Source: Bacillota bacterium (GTDB lineage: Bacteria; Bacillota; Dethiobacteria; DTU022). Taken from it: a stretch of DNA of 64,000 nucleotides. A model generated the notes under the pieces. It did no database searches. It saw only the letters and a program-made list of their open reading frames with translations, and was not told the DNA's origin. The position numbers and the translations under genes were made by a program. This document shows, piece after piece, positions 33,999 to 43,485 of the stretch; within the stretch, counting starts at the first letter, position 1, and every line of letters begins with the position of its first letter. The stretch spans positions 21,769 to 85,768 of the forward strand of contig JAABTH010000007.1 in NCBI GenBank assembly GCA_011389985.1, in the 5' to 3' direction.

Positions 33999-34868
33999 TT
34001 GCTTAAAGTAAAACCTGGAATATGGTTTATTGAAGGAGAAAATCGGGGTCGTTACCCTTATGCCCACTCTTTATATATTGAAGGAGATAATAACATACTG
34101 ATTGATACCGGCGCCGGCGCTGGTTTGGAACCTTTAACTGAAAAGACAAGCCATGTTTTGTTAACTCATTATCATCGTGATCATGTTACTTTTAACCCTT
34201 TATTTCATAAAGCATTCTTTGCAATTCATAGCAAAGATGCCCCAGGGGTCGAATCACTGGAAGGTTTTTACCAGCTCAGCGGTCTTGACCGGGTTGAACT
34301 AGAAGCATATTGGAAAATGGTCAGACAGTCCGGTTTTACGGCAACTAAAATTGCTCACTACCTGGCGGATGGCGATATTATAGATAACGGCCGATTTAAG
34401 CTTAAAACACTTCACCTTCCCGGTCATACAGCCGGACATTGCGGTTTTCTGCTTGAGGATTACGAACTAGTTTTTGCTGCTGATATTGACTTAACTTCAT
34501 TTGGTCCATGGTATGGCAACATTGACTCTGATCCGGATCAATTTCGTCAATCGATTAAACTTTTGCGTTCACTTAACCCGAAATTATTAATAACCGGTCA
34601 TAGCAGGCCAACAACAAGCAGAATCAGTGAAAAACTATCTCTTTACGAAAGTGTTTTAGATCAGCGCGAAGAAATAATCATAAATGAGTTGAAAAAAACT
34701 CCCTTAACTGCTGATCAACTGGCCGAGAAAAGAATAATTTACCGGCGCCATAACGGTCAGGAAATTCTTTTCTTTTTCGAAAAGGTCATGATCAATAAAC
34801 ATCTTGAAAGCCTGGCTAACCGGGGAGTTGTTGTTAAATCAGATGATCTGCTTTATACCCTGGCTTAA
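33999..34868 (+). CDS. MBL-fold metallo-hydrolase
   Basis: THYHRDH (HxHxDH) metal-binding motif plus downstream His/Asp ligands. The ORF-track ATG at 33990 abuts the SD GAAGGAG with no spacer. An in-frame TTG at 33999 has a 9-nt spacing. Confidence 0.75.
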   Translation: MLKVKPGIWFIEGENRGRYPYAHSLYIEGDNNILIDTGAGAGLEPLTEKTSHVLLTHYHRDHVTFNPLFHKAFFAIHSKDAPGVESLEGFYQLSGLDRVELEAYWKMVRQSGFTATKIAHYLADGDIIDNGRFKLKTLHLPGHTAGHCGFLLEDYELVFAADIDLTSFGPWYGNIDSDPDQFRQSIKLLRSLNPKLLITGHSRPTTSRISEKLSLYESVLDQREEIIINELKKTPLTADQLAEKRIIYRRHNGQEILFFFEKVMINKHLESLANRGVVVKSDDLLYTLA

Positions 34869-35020
34869 GAGCCTGTTGACCATAATTTGGTTAGTTGTCA
34901 AACCGGCTAAACTCAATTATAATGAATTTAGAGTTATGTTAAAAACAAACTACTCAGGGACCGTCTATATCGGTCCGAATTTTTATGCTGCTGGTACAAA
35001 TTATAAAGAAGGTTACAATT

Positions 35021-35755
35021 ATGGAAGTTAAAAAATATATTGCTGGTAAATTAAATAAGGGTGCTGTCCATGTTACCTTGATTGATCCTGCCCGCCAGGC
35101 CCCTGAAGCTGCCGGCAGATTGGCTGAAACTGCTCAGGAAGTTGGAAGCGATCTTATTTTTGTCGGTGGCTCGTCAGGAATTACCCAGAGGACACTTTCT
35201 GAAACTGCGGAAGCGGTTAAAGAAAGAGCTTCTATACCGGTTCTCTTCTTCCCAACCGGAACAGATTCAATATGCCTAAATTTAGATGCATTTTTATTTT
35301 TGAGCCTGCTTAATTCTCGTAATTCACAGTTTGTCAGCGGAACTCAGTCAAGAGTTTCTTCATTGCTTAAAAGACTTGATGTAGAAGTTCTTCCGATAGG
35401 CTATATTTTGGTTGAGCCCGGCATGAAGCTTGGTGAAATTGGGGAGGCTGATTTAGTGGCCAGGGATAACTTCTGGCAGGCTATTGGTTATGCCCTGACC
35501 GCACAGTTTATGGGAATGTCCTATGTTTACCTGGAGGCTGGTAATGGCGCTGCTCAGCCTGTTCCGGCTGGTATGATCAGAGCTGTAAAGCGTGAGGTTG
35601 ATATTCCCCTGATTGTCGGTGGAGGTATCCGTACTGCTATTGATGCCCGCCGGGTTCGTCAGGCAGGGGCCGATATTGTTGTAACAGGCACGGTAATTGA
35701 AACTGCCGGTTATCGGGAAAGGCTTCGTTCAATTTTAAGCGCACTGAAAGATTAG
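35021..35755 (+). CDS. Geranylgeranylglyceryl / heptaprenylglyceryl phosphate synthase family (PcrB/GGGPS TIM-barrel)
   Basis: VHVTLIDPA, IFVGGSSG and IVGGGIR motifs are characteristic of the GGGPS/PcrB family. The start is taken at MEVKKYIAGKL, with 12 codons of the ORF-track upstream extension discarded. Confidence 0.7.
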   Translation: MEVKKYIAGKLNKGAVHVTLIDPARQAPEAAGRLAETAQEVGSDLIFVGGSSGITQRTLSETAEAVKERASIPVLFFPTGTDSICLNLDAFLFLSLLNSRNSQFVSGTQSRVSSLLKRLDVEVLPIGYILVEPGMKLGEIGEADLVARDNFWQAIGYALTAQFMGMSYVYLEAGNGAAQPVPAGMIRAVKREVDIPLIVGGGIRTAIDARRVRQAGADIVVTGTVIETAGYRERLRSILSALKD

Positions 35756-35868
35756 AAGGACAGGAAAGAGAAATCAGGTGTAAAAGAACAGGGAAAAGCG
35801 CGGAATGTTACTCTGTTATTCAGTTCACGAGTTTGGTTCTATTTATTTGCAGGATTAGTTGAAAACGG

Positions 35869-35888
35869 GGCAGGCCTGATGGCCTGCC
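35869..35888. terminator. Bidirectional terminator hairpin between the PcrB-like gene (+) and the mog-like gene (-)
   Basis: Perfect 8-bp stem GGCAGGCC / GGCCTGCC with a TGAT loop and A/T-rich flanks. Confidence 0.55.
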
Positions 35889-35891
35889 TGA

Positions 35892-36809
35892 TCATTTCCT
35901 TGCGCATTCTCCGCCGCGTCCTGTAACTGTCTCTAAGGCATGGTCAAGCACGGGATTTATCACCGCGAAACATTCAGTTACTGCCTTGGGGCTTCCGGGC
36001 AGGTTTATAATTAATGTGTTGCCGCTAATTCCGGCCAGGGCTCTAGATAACATTGCTTTTGCTGTAACAACTGATGTTTCGCGGCGTATTGCTTCCGGTA
36101 TTCCCGGTACTAGGCGGTCGATTACATCGAGGGTTGCCTCTGGAGTAACATCGCGTGGGCTTAAACCAGTGCCGCCAGTGGTGAAAACAGCATCTATACC
36201 TTTGCCTGCCATATTACGCATGACCTTGGCCAGAGCTACTCTGTCGTCAGGCACAATTACATAATCAACCACATCGCCGAAAGGAAGCAACAGTTCAGTA
36301 ATAGCAGGGCCGCTTAAGTCGTCTCTTTCGCCTTTGGCTCCCTTATCACTGGCGGTGATAACACCAAATTTATATGCATGTTTAATTACGAGCTTGTCGC
36401 CAACTTTAATTTTACCGCCGGTTAAAACCTCAGTAAAAATGCCTTCTTTGGGCATTACGCAGTCGCCGGCCTGGTAATAAATTGCACAGCGAGTATGGCA
36501 TTCTTTGCCAATTTGGGTGACTCTTATAATTGAATTACTACCGGCCTGAAGTCTGGTGCCTAGAGGCAAATTGACCAGGTCAATTCCCCTGGTTGTAAGA
36601 TTTTCAGCGAAATCGCCGGGTCCGACATCAAGTCCTTTGGTTGTCATTTTGGCAATGCTTTCTTCTGCCAAAAGGCTTATCTGACGGTGTCCAAAACCGG
36701 CATGAGCGTCGTTTTCAAGCCCCTGTCTTTTTATCAAAAGGCTTTCACCTACATTGGTTTTTCGTTGACCTTTTTCGGGGCTGGTGCAAACTGCAATAAT
36801 TTCAGCCAT
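35892..36809 (-). CDS. mog: MOSC domain fused to MogA/MoaB-type molybdopterin adenylyltransferase
   Basis: N-terminal ~140-aa MOSC beta-barrel. C-terminal MogA/MoaB fold with a GGTG motif. Confidence 0.8.
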   Translation of the reverse strand: MAEIIAVCTSPEKGQRKTNVGESLLIKRQGLENDAHAGFGHRQISLLAEESIAKMTTKGLDVGPGDFAENLTTRGIDLVNLPLGTRLQAGSNSIIRVTQIGKECHTRCAIYYQAGDCVMPKEGIFTEVLTGGKIKVGDKLVIKHAYKFGVITASDKGAKGERDDLSGPAITELLLPFGDVVDYVIVPDDRVALAKVMRNMAGKGIDAVFTTGGTGLSPRDVTPEATLDVIDRLVPGIPEAIRRETSVVTAKAMLSRALAGISGNTLIINLPGSPKAVTECFAVINPVLDHALETVTGRGGECARK

Positions 36810-37807
36810 TATAGCTGCTCACGGCAGTAATGACCGGAGCGCCCTCCTTTCTTTTCAACCAGACGTATATTCTGTATAATCATATTTTTGTCGACGGCTT
36901 TACACATATCATAGATAGTAAGGGCGGCAATACTCACACCGGTCAAAGCTTCCATTTCAACACCGGTCTGTCCGGTTAACTTTACCCTCACTCCTATTTC
37001 AATTTTCGGCTGCGGAGTGTCAACAGGCTCGAAATCCACTTCAACACCTGAAACTCCAAGTGGATGGGCCATAGGTATCAGCCGTCCGGTTTCTTTTACG
37101 GCCATTATTGCGGCAACCTGGGCTACCCCGAGAACATCGCCTTTGCTCATACTTCCTGCTTTGACCTTAGTGAGGGTTTCAGCAGACATTAAGATTTCTC
37201 CGCGGGCATATGCTTCCCGTAAAGTTTGGTCTTTGGTTGAGACATCAACCATGCGCGGTCTGCCTCTTGAATCAAAGTGAGTTAATTTATCGGGACCAAC
37301 CTGGTTGGTCTTTTTATTTTCAAAATACTTAGCCATAATAAAATTTGCCAGAGCCTCGCTATCTTCAATATTAATAACTGGAATATCAATCTGCAGATCG
37401 AGTCTGTCGCTTACAACAGCAATTGTATTTTCATTCAAGAGTGGATCAAAGTTAATATTACTGCGCAGCACTTCAATTTTGGGCCTTCTGCTACTTTTAT
37501 TTCCTTCTACTATTAAGAGGTCAAAGTCTTTAAGTATTGATGCCGCAGCCTCAATGCCGCTTTTACCCTTTTCAGATCCTGTTAAAACATAGTTCTCAGG
37601 GGTAGTAACTCCTGCTATATCGGCACCGGCCCTGGCAAAACGCCAGCTGTCTTTTCCAGGCAGGTCAAAATCATAATGCTGCAGATTTCCTTTTAGGGCA
37701 GCTACGAGCAGACCTTTTTCTTTCAAAGCCGGTAGAAGCTTTTCCACTATAGTCGTTTTTCCAGTCCCTGATTGAGCAGCAACAAGGTGAATAATTACAG
37801 GCGGCAT
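36809..37807 (-). CDS. MobB (molybdopterin-guanine dinucleotide biosynthesis adaptor) fused to MoaC (cyclic pyranopterin monophosphate synthase)
   Basis: N-terminal P-loop AAQSGTGKTT (MobB). C-terminal MoaC core. It overlaps the downstream gene by 1 nt. Confidence 0.8.
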   Translation of the reverse strand: MPPVIIHLVAAQSGTGKTTIVEKLLPALKEKGLLVAALKGNLQHYDFDLPGKDSWRFARAGADIAGVTTPENYVLTGSEKGKSGIEAAASILKDFDLLIVEGNKSSRRPKIEVLRSNINFDPLLNENTIAVVSDRLDLQIDIPVINIEDSEALANFIMAKYFENKKTNQVGPDKLTHFDSRGRPRMVDVSTKDQTLREAYARGEILMSAETLTKVKAGSMSKGDVLGVAQVAAIMAVKETGRLIPMAHPLGVSGVEVDFEPVDTPQPKIEIGVRVKLTGQTGVEMEALTGVSIAALTIYDMCKAVDKNMIIQNIRLVEKKGGRSGHYCREQL

Positions 37808-37873
37808 ATTAGTTTCACTCCAATCTTTGGTTACCGTTTTTACATCAGTTTAGTGGTAATCTGACTCCTATTC

Positions 37874-38869
37874 TTATCCTCCCGTTTTTGACATGGAGCG
37901 CATTGACCCCGGTTTTAACGATCCGCATTTGCCATCGCAACCCATCTGATGTTCAACAGGTTTGTTATTCAGCACTTCCTGAATCAACTTTTTTAAAGCT
38001 TTGTGATCGTCAATGAAAGGTTTTACCGATTTTTCGTCCTGCCAATAGAGGCAGGCTTTTAAGTTGCCTTCTGCAGTAAGTCGCAGTCGGTTACAGGTAT
38101 CACAAAAGTGTTTGCTGATCGGATGAATAAGTCCGATTGTGCCCTGCCCGCCGGGAATAGTATATGATTCTGCAGGTCCGGCACCGCCGGGAAGAGGAAC
38201 CGGGGTTAGTGGAAGCCCTGCTTTCGCCGCAATTTCCTCAATATAGGTAAGGGGCAGATAGTGATCTCTGTAACCGCAGTCATGATCTCCAATGGGCATG
38301 TATTCAATGAAACGCACATGCAGCGGTTTACTCCTCGCAAGCTCTAAAAAATCTAGTATTTCGTCATCATTTATTCCTTTCATCAAAACAACATTTAATT
38401 TAACGGGATGCAGGTTAAACTCGATTGCAGTGTTAATTCCACTTAATGCCTGTTCCAGCTTGCCGCAGCGTGTAATTTTATTAAATTTTTCCGGTTGCAT
38501 TGAATCAAGGCTGATATTGACACGTTTTAGCCCGGCTTGTTTAAGCTTTGCAGCATATTTATCCAGGAGAATTCCGTTTGTTGTCATGGCCAGATCGTTA
38601 ATCCCCGGTATGGCTGTTATGCTCCCGATTAGGTCTACTACACCCTTACGGACCAGGGGCTCACCGCCGGTTACCCTGATTTTACTAATTCCAAGCTCGG
38701 CTCCGGCACGGACAACCTTGAGGATCTCTTCATAACTTAATATATTCTCATGAGTAATCTGTTCGATACCTTCTTCTCCCATACAGTATATGCAGCGAAG
38801 GTTACATCGATCAGTAACTGAAATTCTTAAATAATCATGTTTCCTGCCCTGTCCGTCAATTAATGGCAT
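37874..38869 (-). CDS. moaA: GTP 3',8-cyclase MoaA (radical SAM)
   Basis: CNLRCIYC radical-SAM cluster motif near the N-terminus. A C-terminal second Cys cluster is typical of MoaA. Confidence 0.9.
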   Translation of the reverse strand: MPLIDGQGRKHDYLRISVTDRCNLRCIYCMGEEGIEQITHENILSYEEILKVVRAGAELGISKIRVTGGEPLVRKGVVDLIGSITAIPGINDLAMTTNGILLDKYAAKLKQAGLKRVNISLDSMQPEKFNKITRCGKLEQALSGINTAIEFNLHPVKLNVVLMKGINDDEILDFLELARSKPLHVRFIEYMPIGDHDCGYRDHYLPLTYIEEIAAKAGLPLTPVPLPGGAGPAESYTIPGGQGTIGLIHPISKHFCDTCNRLRLTAEGNLKACLYWQDEKSVKPFIDDHKALKKLIQEVLNNKPVEHQMGCDGKCGSLKPGSMRSMSKTGG

Positions 38870-38871
38870 TA

Positions 38872-40770
38872 TTACAGCTCCTTTTTACCGGCATCACGCA
38901 TACTGTATCCACCCATTGCTTCCACCTGTTCTTTAAAAAAAGGATCTTCGATTATTTCTAGCAGGGTTTTACAATCTTTGCTTTTGAAAAAATCGTCGCT
39001 CATCAAAAGGTCGTACCTTTCTTCAACCAGGGGAATAAAATCAAGATCGAATGCTTTGGCGGCCGGCAGAATACCTAAACCAACCTTTGCTGTTCCGGCT
39101 TTAACAGAAGCGGCAACGTTTAAGTGAGTATGCTCTTCGCGTTCGTAGCCATATACCTGGTCGGGTTTAAAACCAGCTTCTCCCAGCATGTGATCAAATA
39201 GTAGGCGAGTACCTGCGCCACGCTGGCGGTTGACAAAGCCCAGCTTATTATTGACCAGGTCGCTGATATCTTTTAACTTGTCAGGATTGCCTTTCGGTAT
39301 AATCCAACCCTGCATTCGGTAGGCCAGGTTAACCAGGTGTAACTTTTGCCCTGGCAGTATTTTATTAATATATGGCAGATTATAGGTTTTTGTTTCAGGA
39401 TCAAATAGGTGTATCCCGGCCAAATGAGCCTGGCCTCTTCCTATTGCGGCTATGCCACCCATGCTTCCTAAGTGTGAAGAAGAAAGATTCATTAGGGGGT
39501 TACGTTCTTTAAGGGTAGTGGCAAGCAGATCAATTACAAGGTCATGGCTTCCGGCGGCCAGCAGGTTATGCCTGAGTTCGTTTTCAGGGCGGTACAATTC
39601 AAGTTCTACGGTTTGATCCTGTTCATAGCCAAGTGAGTTGGCCGGAATAACTAAAAGGCCATCGGCCCGCACCAGGGACATTGTAACGCCTGCTCCCCTG
39701 GTTAGAGGGTTGGCAATGAAGCGATCTTTTACATAGCCTATTGTCATTCTTACATACTCTTCGACACCTGTTTCTGATACAACCCGCCTCCCCAGGATTA
39801 CACTAAGTTTTTGGCGTTTCGGAACCGGAAGGCCTAAATAATCAAAGATAAGTGGTTGCACAAACCATTCCAGGCTCATGTAAGCCGAAACGGGGTAACC
39901 GGGTAGTCCGATTACAGGTATTGATCCAATTTTACCAAGTATAGTAGGTTTACCGGGTTTTGTAGCCACTCCATGCAGAAATACTTCACCCATTTCTGCG
40001 ATAACCGGGTAGGTGTAATCTTTTTCTCCTGCTGATGATCCTGCATTAATAATGATCAAGTCAGCTTTTTCAGTCGCTTCAGATACAGACTGGCGGATTT
40101 TTTCGGGTTTATCCGGGACAATGGAAAAAATAACAGGTTCAGCTCCCCATTCAAGCAGGTAAGATGCAATAACGGTGCTGTTAAAGTCAGGAATGCTGCC
40201 CTGGCCTCTTTCAATACCGGGATCAACCACTTCTGATCCGGTTGGTATTATTACTGCTACCGGTTTTGCCTTAACCTCGATTTTGGTTATACCGCCTGCT
40301 AAAAGAGCGCCTAAATCAGGCGGTCTCAGTTTGTGCCGCGCTGGAACGATAAGTTCGCCTGTAACTACGTCTTCTCCTACAGGGCGAACATGCTGCCATG
40401 GTGTGGCCGGGGCAATAATTTCAGCTTTTAGGTCAGATAGAAGCTGGATATCTTCGATTTTTATCACAGCGTCGAAACCGGGAGGAAGGGGATTTCCCGT
40501 GTTTACGTTAATATATTTATCACCGGAAGTAAGTTTAAGGGGATTCTGATCAGAAGCGGAAAAAGTCAATTCTGCCTTTACCGCTATGCCATCCATGGCA
40601 GCAGCATGATAACCGGGCATGGAAAGCCTTGCAAAAACAGGCTTATTGGTCACACGACCAAGCGCGTCGGTAACTCTTACTGTTTCCGGGTGTCCCGCGA
40701 TGGGAGCATTATTTAGTAATAATTCAAGTGCTTTCTGCCGGGGAGTATTGCTTAAGTAAACTTTTCTCAT
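38872..40770 (-). CDS. moeA: Molybdopterin molybdotransferase MoeA fused to a C-terminal periplasmic-binding-protein-like (molybdate/tungstate-binding type) domain
   Basis: 632 aa. The N-terminal ~400-aa MoeA core is followed by a ~220-aa PBP-like domain, the COG1910 architecture. Confidence 0.8.
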   Translation of the reverse strand: MRKVYLSNTPRQKALELLLNNAPIAGHPETVRVTDALGRVTNKPVFARLSMPGYHAAAMDGIAVKAELTFSASDQNPLKLTSGDKYINVNTGNPLPPGFDAVIKIEDIQLLSDLKAEIIAPATPWQHVRPVGEDVVTGELIVPARHKLRPPDLGALLAGGITKIEVKAKPVAVIIPTGSEVVDPGIERGQGSIPDFNSTVIASYLLEWGAEPVIFSIVPDKPEKIRQSVSEATEKADLIIINAGSSAGEKDYTYPVIAEMGEVFLHGVATKPGKPTILGKIGSIPVIGLPGYPVSAYMSLEWFVQPLIFDYLGLPVPKRQKLSVILGRRVVSETGVEEYVRMTIGYVKDRFIANPLTRGAGVTMSLVRADGLLVIPANSLGYEQDQTVELELYRPENELRHNLLAAGSHDLVIDLLATTLKERNPLMNLSSSHLGSMGGIAAIGRGQAHLAGIHLFDPETKTYNLPYINKILPGQKLHLVNLAYRMQGWIIPKGNPDKLKDISDLVNNKLGFVNRQRGAGTRLLFDHMLGEAGFKPDQVYGYEREEHTHLNVAASVKAGTAKVGLGILPAAKAFDLDFIPLVEERYDLLMSDDFFKSKDCKTLLEIIEDPFFKEQVEAMGGYSMRDAGKKEL

Positions 40771-40792
40771 TGTAGCGCTCCTTCATCTTGTT

Positions 40793-42019
40793 CTAATCCC
40801 ATAAAATAATCTCTACGGGGGTGCCTTCAATCAAGCCTTCGCTTTCAGCCGGAATAACCAGCAAACCATCAGCTTCAGCCAGTGTTCGCAGCATTCCTGA
40901 TCTTCCGAAAACCGGGATAGCCGTAACACCCTTATCATCAGGCTCCAAGATAACTCTTACATATTCAGTACGCCCTGAACGTGAGGAAATATTACGGCTT
41001 AATACAGCCCTGACGGTTGGGCTGAATAATTTGTCTTTATGTCCTGCCAGGCGGTGTATAATTGCTTTGCCGAATATAGCGAATATATTCAGAGCAGAAA
41101 CAGGGTGGCCCGGCAAACCAAGTACCGGCTTTACGTTGCAGTTAGCAATTAATGTAGGTTTACCTGGTTGAATGGCAATACCTTCAACCAGAAGGCCTGG
41201 TTTGCCCAGTTCGTTCATGGTCGCGGCAGTGAAATCCCGGCTGCCGACAGAACTGCCGCCTGAAAAAACCAGGAAATCAACTTTTTCAAGCATTGATTTG
41301 CTTTTTTCTAAAAAAATATCAAATATGTCCGGAAGAATTCCTCCATATACAATGTCGGCTTCCAACTGTGAAGCCAGGTAAAACAGTGCCGGTGCATTGC
41401 TGTCGCGGATCTGTCCAGGTTTGAGACTGGCGCTATGGTAATCAACAAGTTCGTCGCCGCTGGAAAAAAAACCTATTTTAGGGCGGCGATAAACATTTAC
41501 ACTGGTTATGCCAAGGGAAGCCAGCATGCCTATTTCCGGCGCACGAAGACGATGGTTGCTGGAAAGAACCGCGGTGCCTTTTTTTATGTCTTCTCCCCGG
41601 TGTATTACATTTTCACCGGGGGCAACCTGGCGGAAACTTTGAATCAGTGAACCGGTTGCTTCAGTGTCTTCTATCATGATGACGGCATCGGATCCTTCAG
41701 GCAGCATCCCTCCTGTATGAACCAGACAGCACTGTCCTTCACGGATCTGCGGCGCTGTTTCACCCATGAGAACTTCACCTATGCACTCAAGCATAGCCGG
41801 TATACCTTCTCCTGAGCCAAATGTGTCACGGGCAAATACTGCATACCCGTCAACAGTTGATCGATCAAAACTAGGTACATCTTCAGTAGCGCAGATAGTT
41901 TCAGCCAGAGAGCGGCCCCCTGATTTTTCAAGAAGCACTTCTTCCGGTTCAAGTGGCAAAAAGTTATCGTTGATCAGTTTAAAAACATCTTCAGGGGCTG
42001 TGACCCTCATAAGTTTCAT
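40793..42019 (-). CDS. moeA: Molybdopterin molybdotransferase MoeA (second paralogue)
   Basis: MoeA core MKLMRV... The ATG at 42019 sits 5 nt after GAGGTG. The ORF-track TTG at 42022 is one codon upstream. Confidence 0.88.
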   Translation of the reverse strand: MKLMRVTAPEDVFKLINDNFLPLEPEEVLLEKSGGRSLAETICATEDVPSFDRSTVDGYAVFARDTFGSGEGIPAMLECIGEVLMGETAPQIREGQCCLVHTGGMLPEGSDAVIMIEDTEATGSLIQSFRQVAPGENVIHRGEDIKKGTAVLSSNHRLRAPEIGMLASLGITSVNVYRRPKIGFFSSGDELVDYHSASLKPGQIRDSNAPALFYLASQLEADIVYGGILPDIFDIFLEKSKSMLEKVDFLVFSGGSSVGSRDFTAATMNELGKPGLLVEGIAIQPGKPTLIANCNVKPVLGLPGHPVSALNIFAIFGKAIIHRLAGHKDKLFSPTVRAVLSRNISSRSGRTEYVRVILEPDDKGVTAIPVFGRSGMLRTLAEADGLLVIPAESEGLIEGTPVEIILWD

Positions 42020-42034
42020 CAAAACACCTCGGTT

Positions 42035-42215
42035 TATTACAAATTAGCTGCAATTGAAAAGCCACCCCTCCAGATACATGGAAACGTGGCCTGTCGGCAT
42101 AGTCTCCTTTCCAATTACGGGAGGCAGGAGGATTTCTCCCCCAGCCCAGGCCTGTCACCATAGCGGGCTTAATGCTGTAGGTAAAAAGGCTCGGAGGCTG
42201 CTATTAATATACAGC
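42035..42215 (-). promoter_or_regulatory. Candidate molybdenum-cofactor (Moco) riboswitch in the leader of the moeA-moeA-moaA-mobB/moaC-mog operon
   Basis: The minus-strand transcript reads ...AGCAGCCUCCGAGCC...GACAGGCCUGGGCUGGGGGAGAAAUCCUCCUGCCUCCCG...GGAAAGGAGACUAUGCCGACAGGCC...CUGGAGGGGUGG. Distal segments CCUCC/GGAGG can close a P1 stem. GACAGGCC occurs twice. An extended -10 (TGTTATAAT) lies just upstream. It sits ahead of Moco-biosynthesis genes, which this riboswitch class is reported to control. Confidence 0.5.
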
Positions 42216-42351
42216 AGTATTATAACATATATTGTTGATTTCGGCATTTCAATACAGCAATTTGTTTAAACAAACTGCCGGCATCGGGAGCGTGAAACTC
42301 AAGGACAGGATTGTTGTGAAAGAAAATGTGCTGGTAATGATCGAAAGTGTG

Positions 42352-42888
42352 CTAGTAAGGATAAAGAATTAAACCCAGAATAGCGCCCAGGCCAATGAAA
42401 TAAAGCGGGCTGATTCTAAGAAGCAGGCTTAATAACAATACCAGTCCGAATACAAACGCAGTGGGCAGATCGATAATTGCATTATGGCCAAGGGTATATG
42501 AAGCCAGAAGGATTAGGGCAATCAGGGCGGAGCGTAAGCCGTTTAAAAAACTTTCAGTCTTGGGATTTTGGATTACCCTGAACAATATGCGAGATAAAAG
42601 AAGCAGCAAAACGAGTGATGGAGTGATTACTCCCAGCGAAGCAACAAGTGATCCTGTAACCCCAACCAGCCGGTAACCGATAAATGTAGCAGCGTTGATT
42701 GACACAGGGCCTGGAGTCATTTCGGCAACTGCAATGATATCAAGAAATTCAGCGGGGCTGAGCCAACTATGAACATTTATAACTTCGGCTTCCATTAGGG
42801 GAATCATCGCATATCCTCCACCAATGGTGAAAAGTCCAACCTTTAGGAAGGACCAATAAAGTGATAAAAGAATATTAACCATCGGCAT
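42352..42888 (-). CDS. chrA: Short-chain CHR-family (chromate-ion-transporter-like) membrane protein, downstream half of a pair
   Basis: 178-aa, 6-TM-like protein. The GGGYAMIPLM motif is shared with ChrA. Confidence 0.8.
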   Translation of the reverse strand: MPMVNILLSLYWSFLKVGLFTIGGGYAMIPLMEAEVINVHSWLSPAEFLDIIAVAEMTPGPVSINAATFIGYRLVGVTGSLVASLGVITPSLVLLLLLSRILFRVIQNPKTESFLNGLRSALIALILLASYTLGHNAIIDLPTAFVFGLVLLLSLLLRISPLYFIGLGAILGLILYPY

Positions 42889-43447
42889 TACTCCTGCAGA
42901 TAATTAAACCGGCCAGCCCGCCCGCAACCAAAATCAGAATCGGGTGAAGTTGGGTAATAATTGCTATGGCAAGTAAGGCTGCGCACAGTAATATACCCCG
43001 CCAACCGTGCAATATGTCACGGCCCATTTTAACGGCGGCAAATGCGATTAGAGCTACCACGGCGGGCCTCAGACCATAAAAAGCCGCCTGAACATAAATA
43101 TTATCGTGCATTATGGGATAAAGCCAGGCGGCAATTATTAATAAAATAATTACTGACGGAGCTGTAACGCCAAGGGCTGCAACCAGACCGCCGGCAGTAC
43201 CGCGCAGTCTGATGCCAATCTGAATAGCGCTGTTCAGGGCAAGCTGTCCGGGCATCCCCTGGGTGATAATCAGTATGTCAGAAAAAACAGACTGGCTTAC
43301 CCACTTTCTTTTGTATACTACTTCTTGTTGAACAACCGGCAATATGGCATAGCCACCACCAAAAGTAAAAGCGCCCACTTTAAAAAAGGTGAGCATAATT
43401 GTCAATAGCGATTCTTTTTTATCAGTTGATGACTCAAGGGCCGGCAA
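42875..43447 (-). CDS. chrA: Short-chain CHR-family (chromate-ion-transporter-like) membrane protein, upstream half of a pair
   Basis: 190 aa with a GGGYAILPVV motif. It overlaps its partner by 14 nt. Confidence 0.8.
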   Translation of the reverse strand: MPALESSTDKKESLLTIMLTFFKVGAFTFGGGYAILPVVQQEVVYKRKWVSQSVFSDILIITQGMPGQLALNSAIQIGIRLRGTAGGLVAALGVTAPSVIILLIIAAWLYPIMHDNIYVQAAFYGLRPAVVALIAFAAVKMGRDILHGWRGILLCAALLAIAIITQLHPILILVAGGLAGLIICRSNADG

Positions 43448-43485
43448 CAGGTTGTCCTCACTTTCTTTTTCTTTTAAAAAGATGT

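Noticed and set aside
35082-35279. 65-aa internal ORF within the PcrB-like gene, and similar 60-100-aa alternative-frame ORFs throughout
   Set aside because: They are nested in other frames of well-supported genes and lack RBSs.
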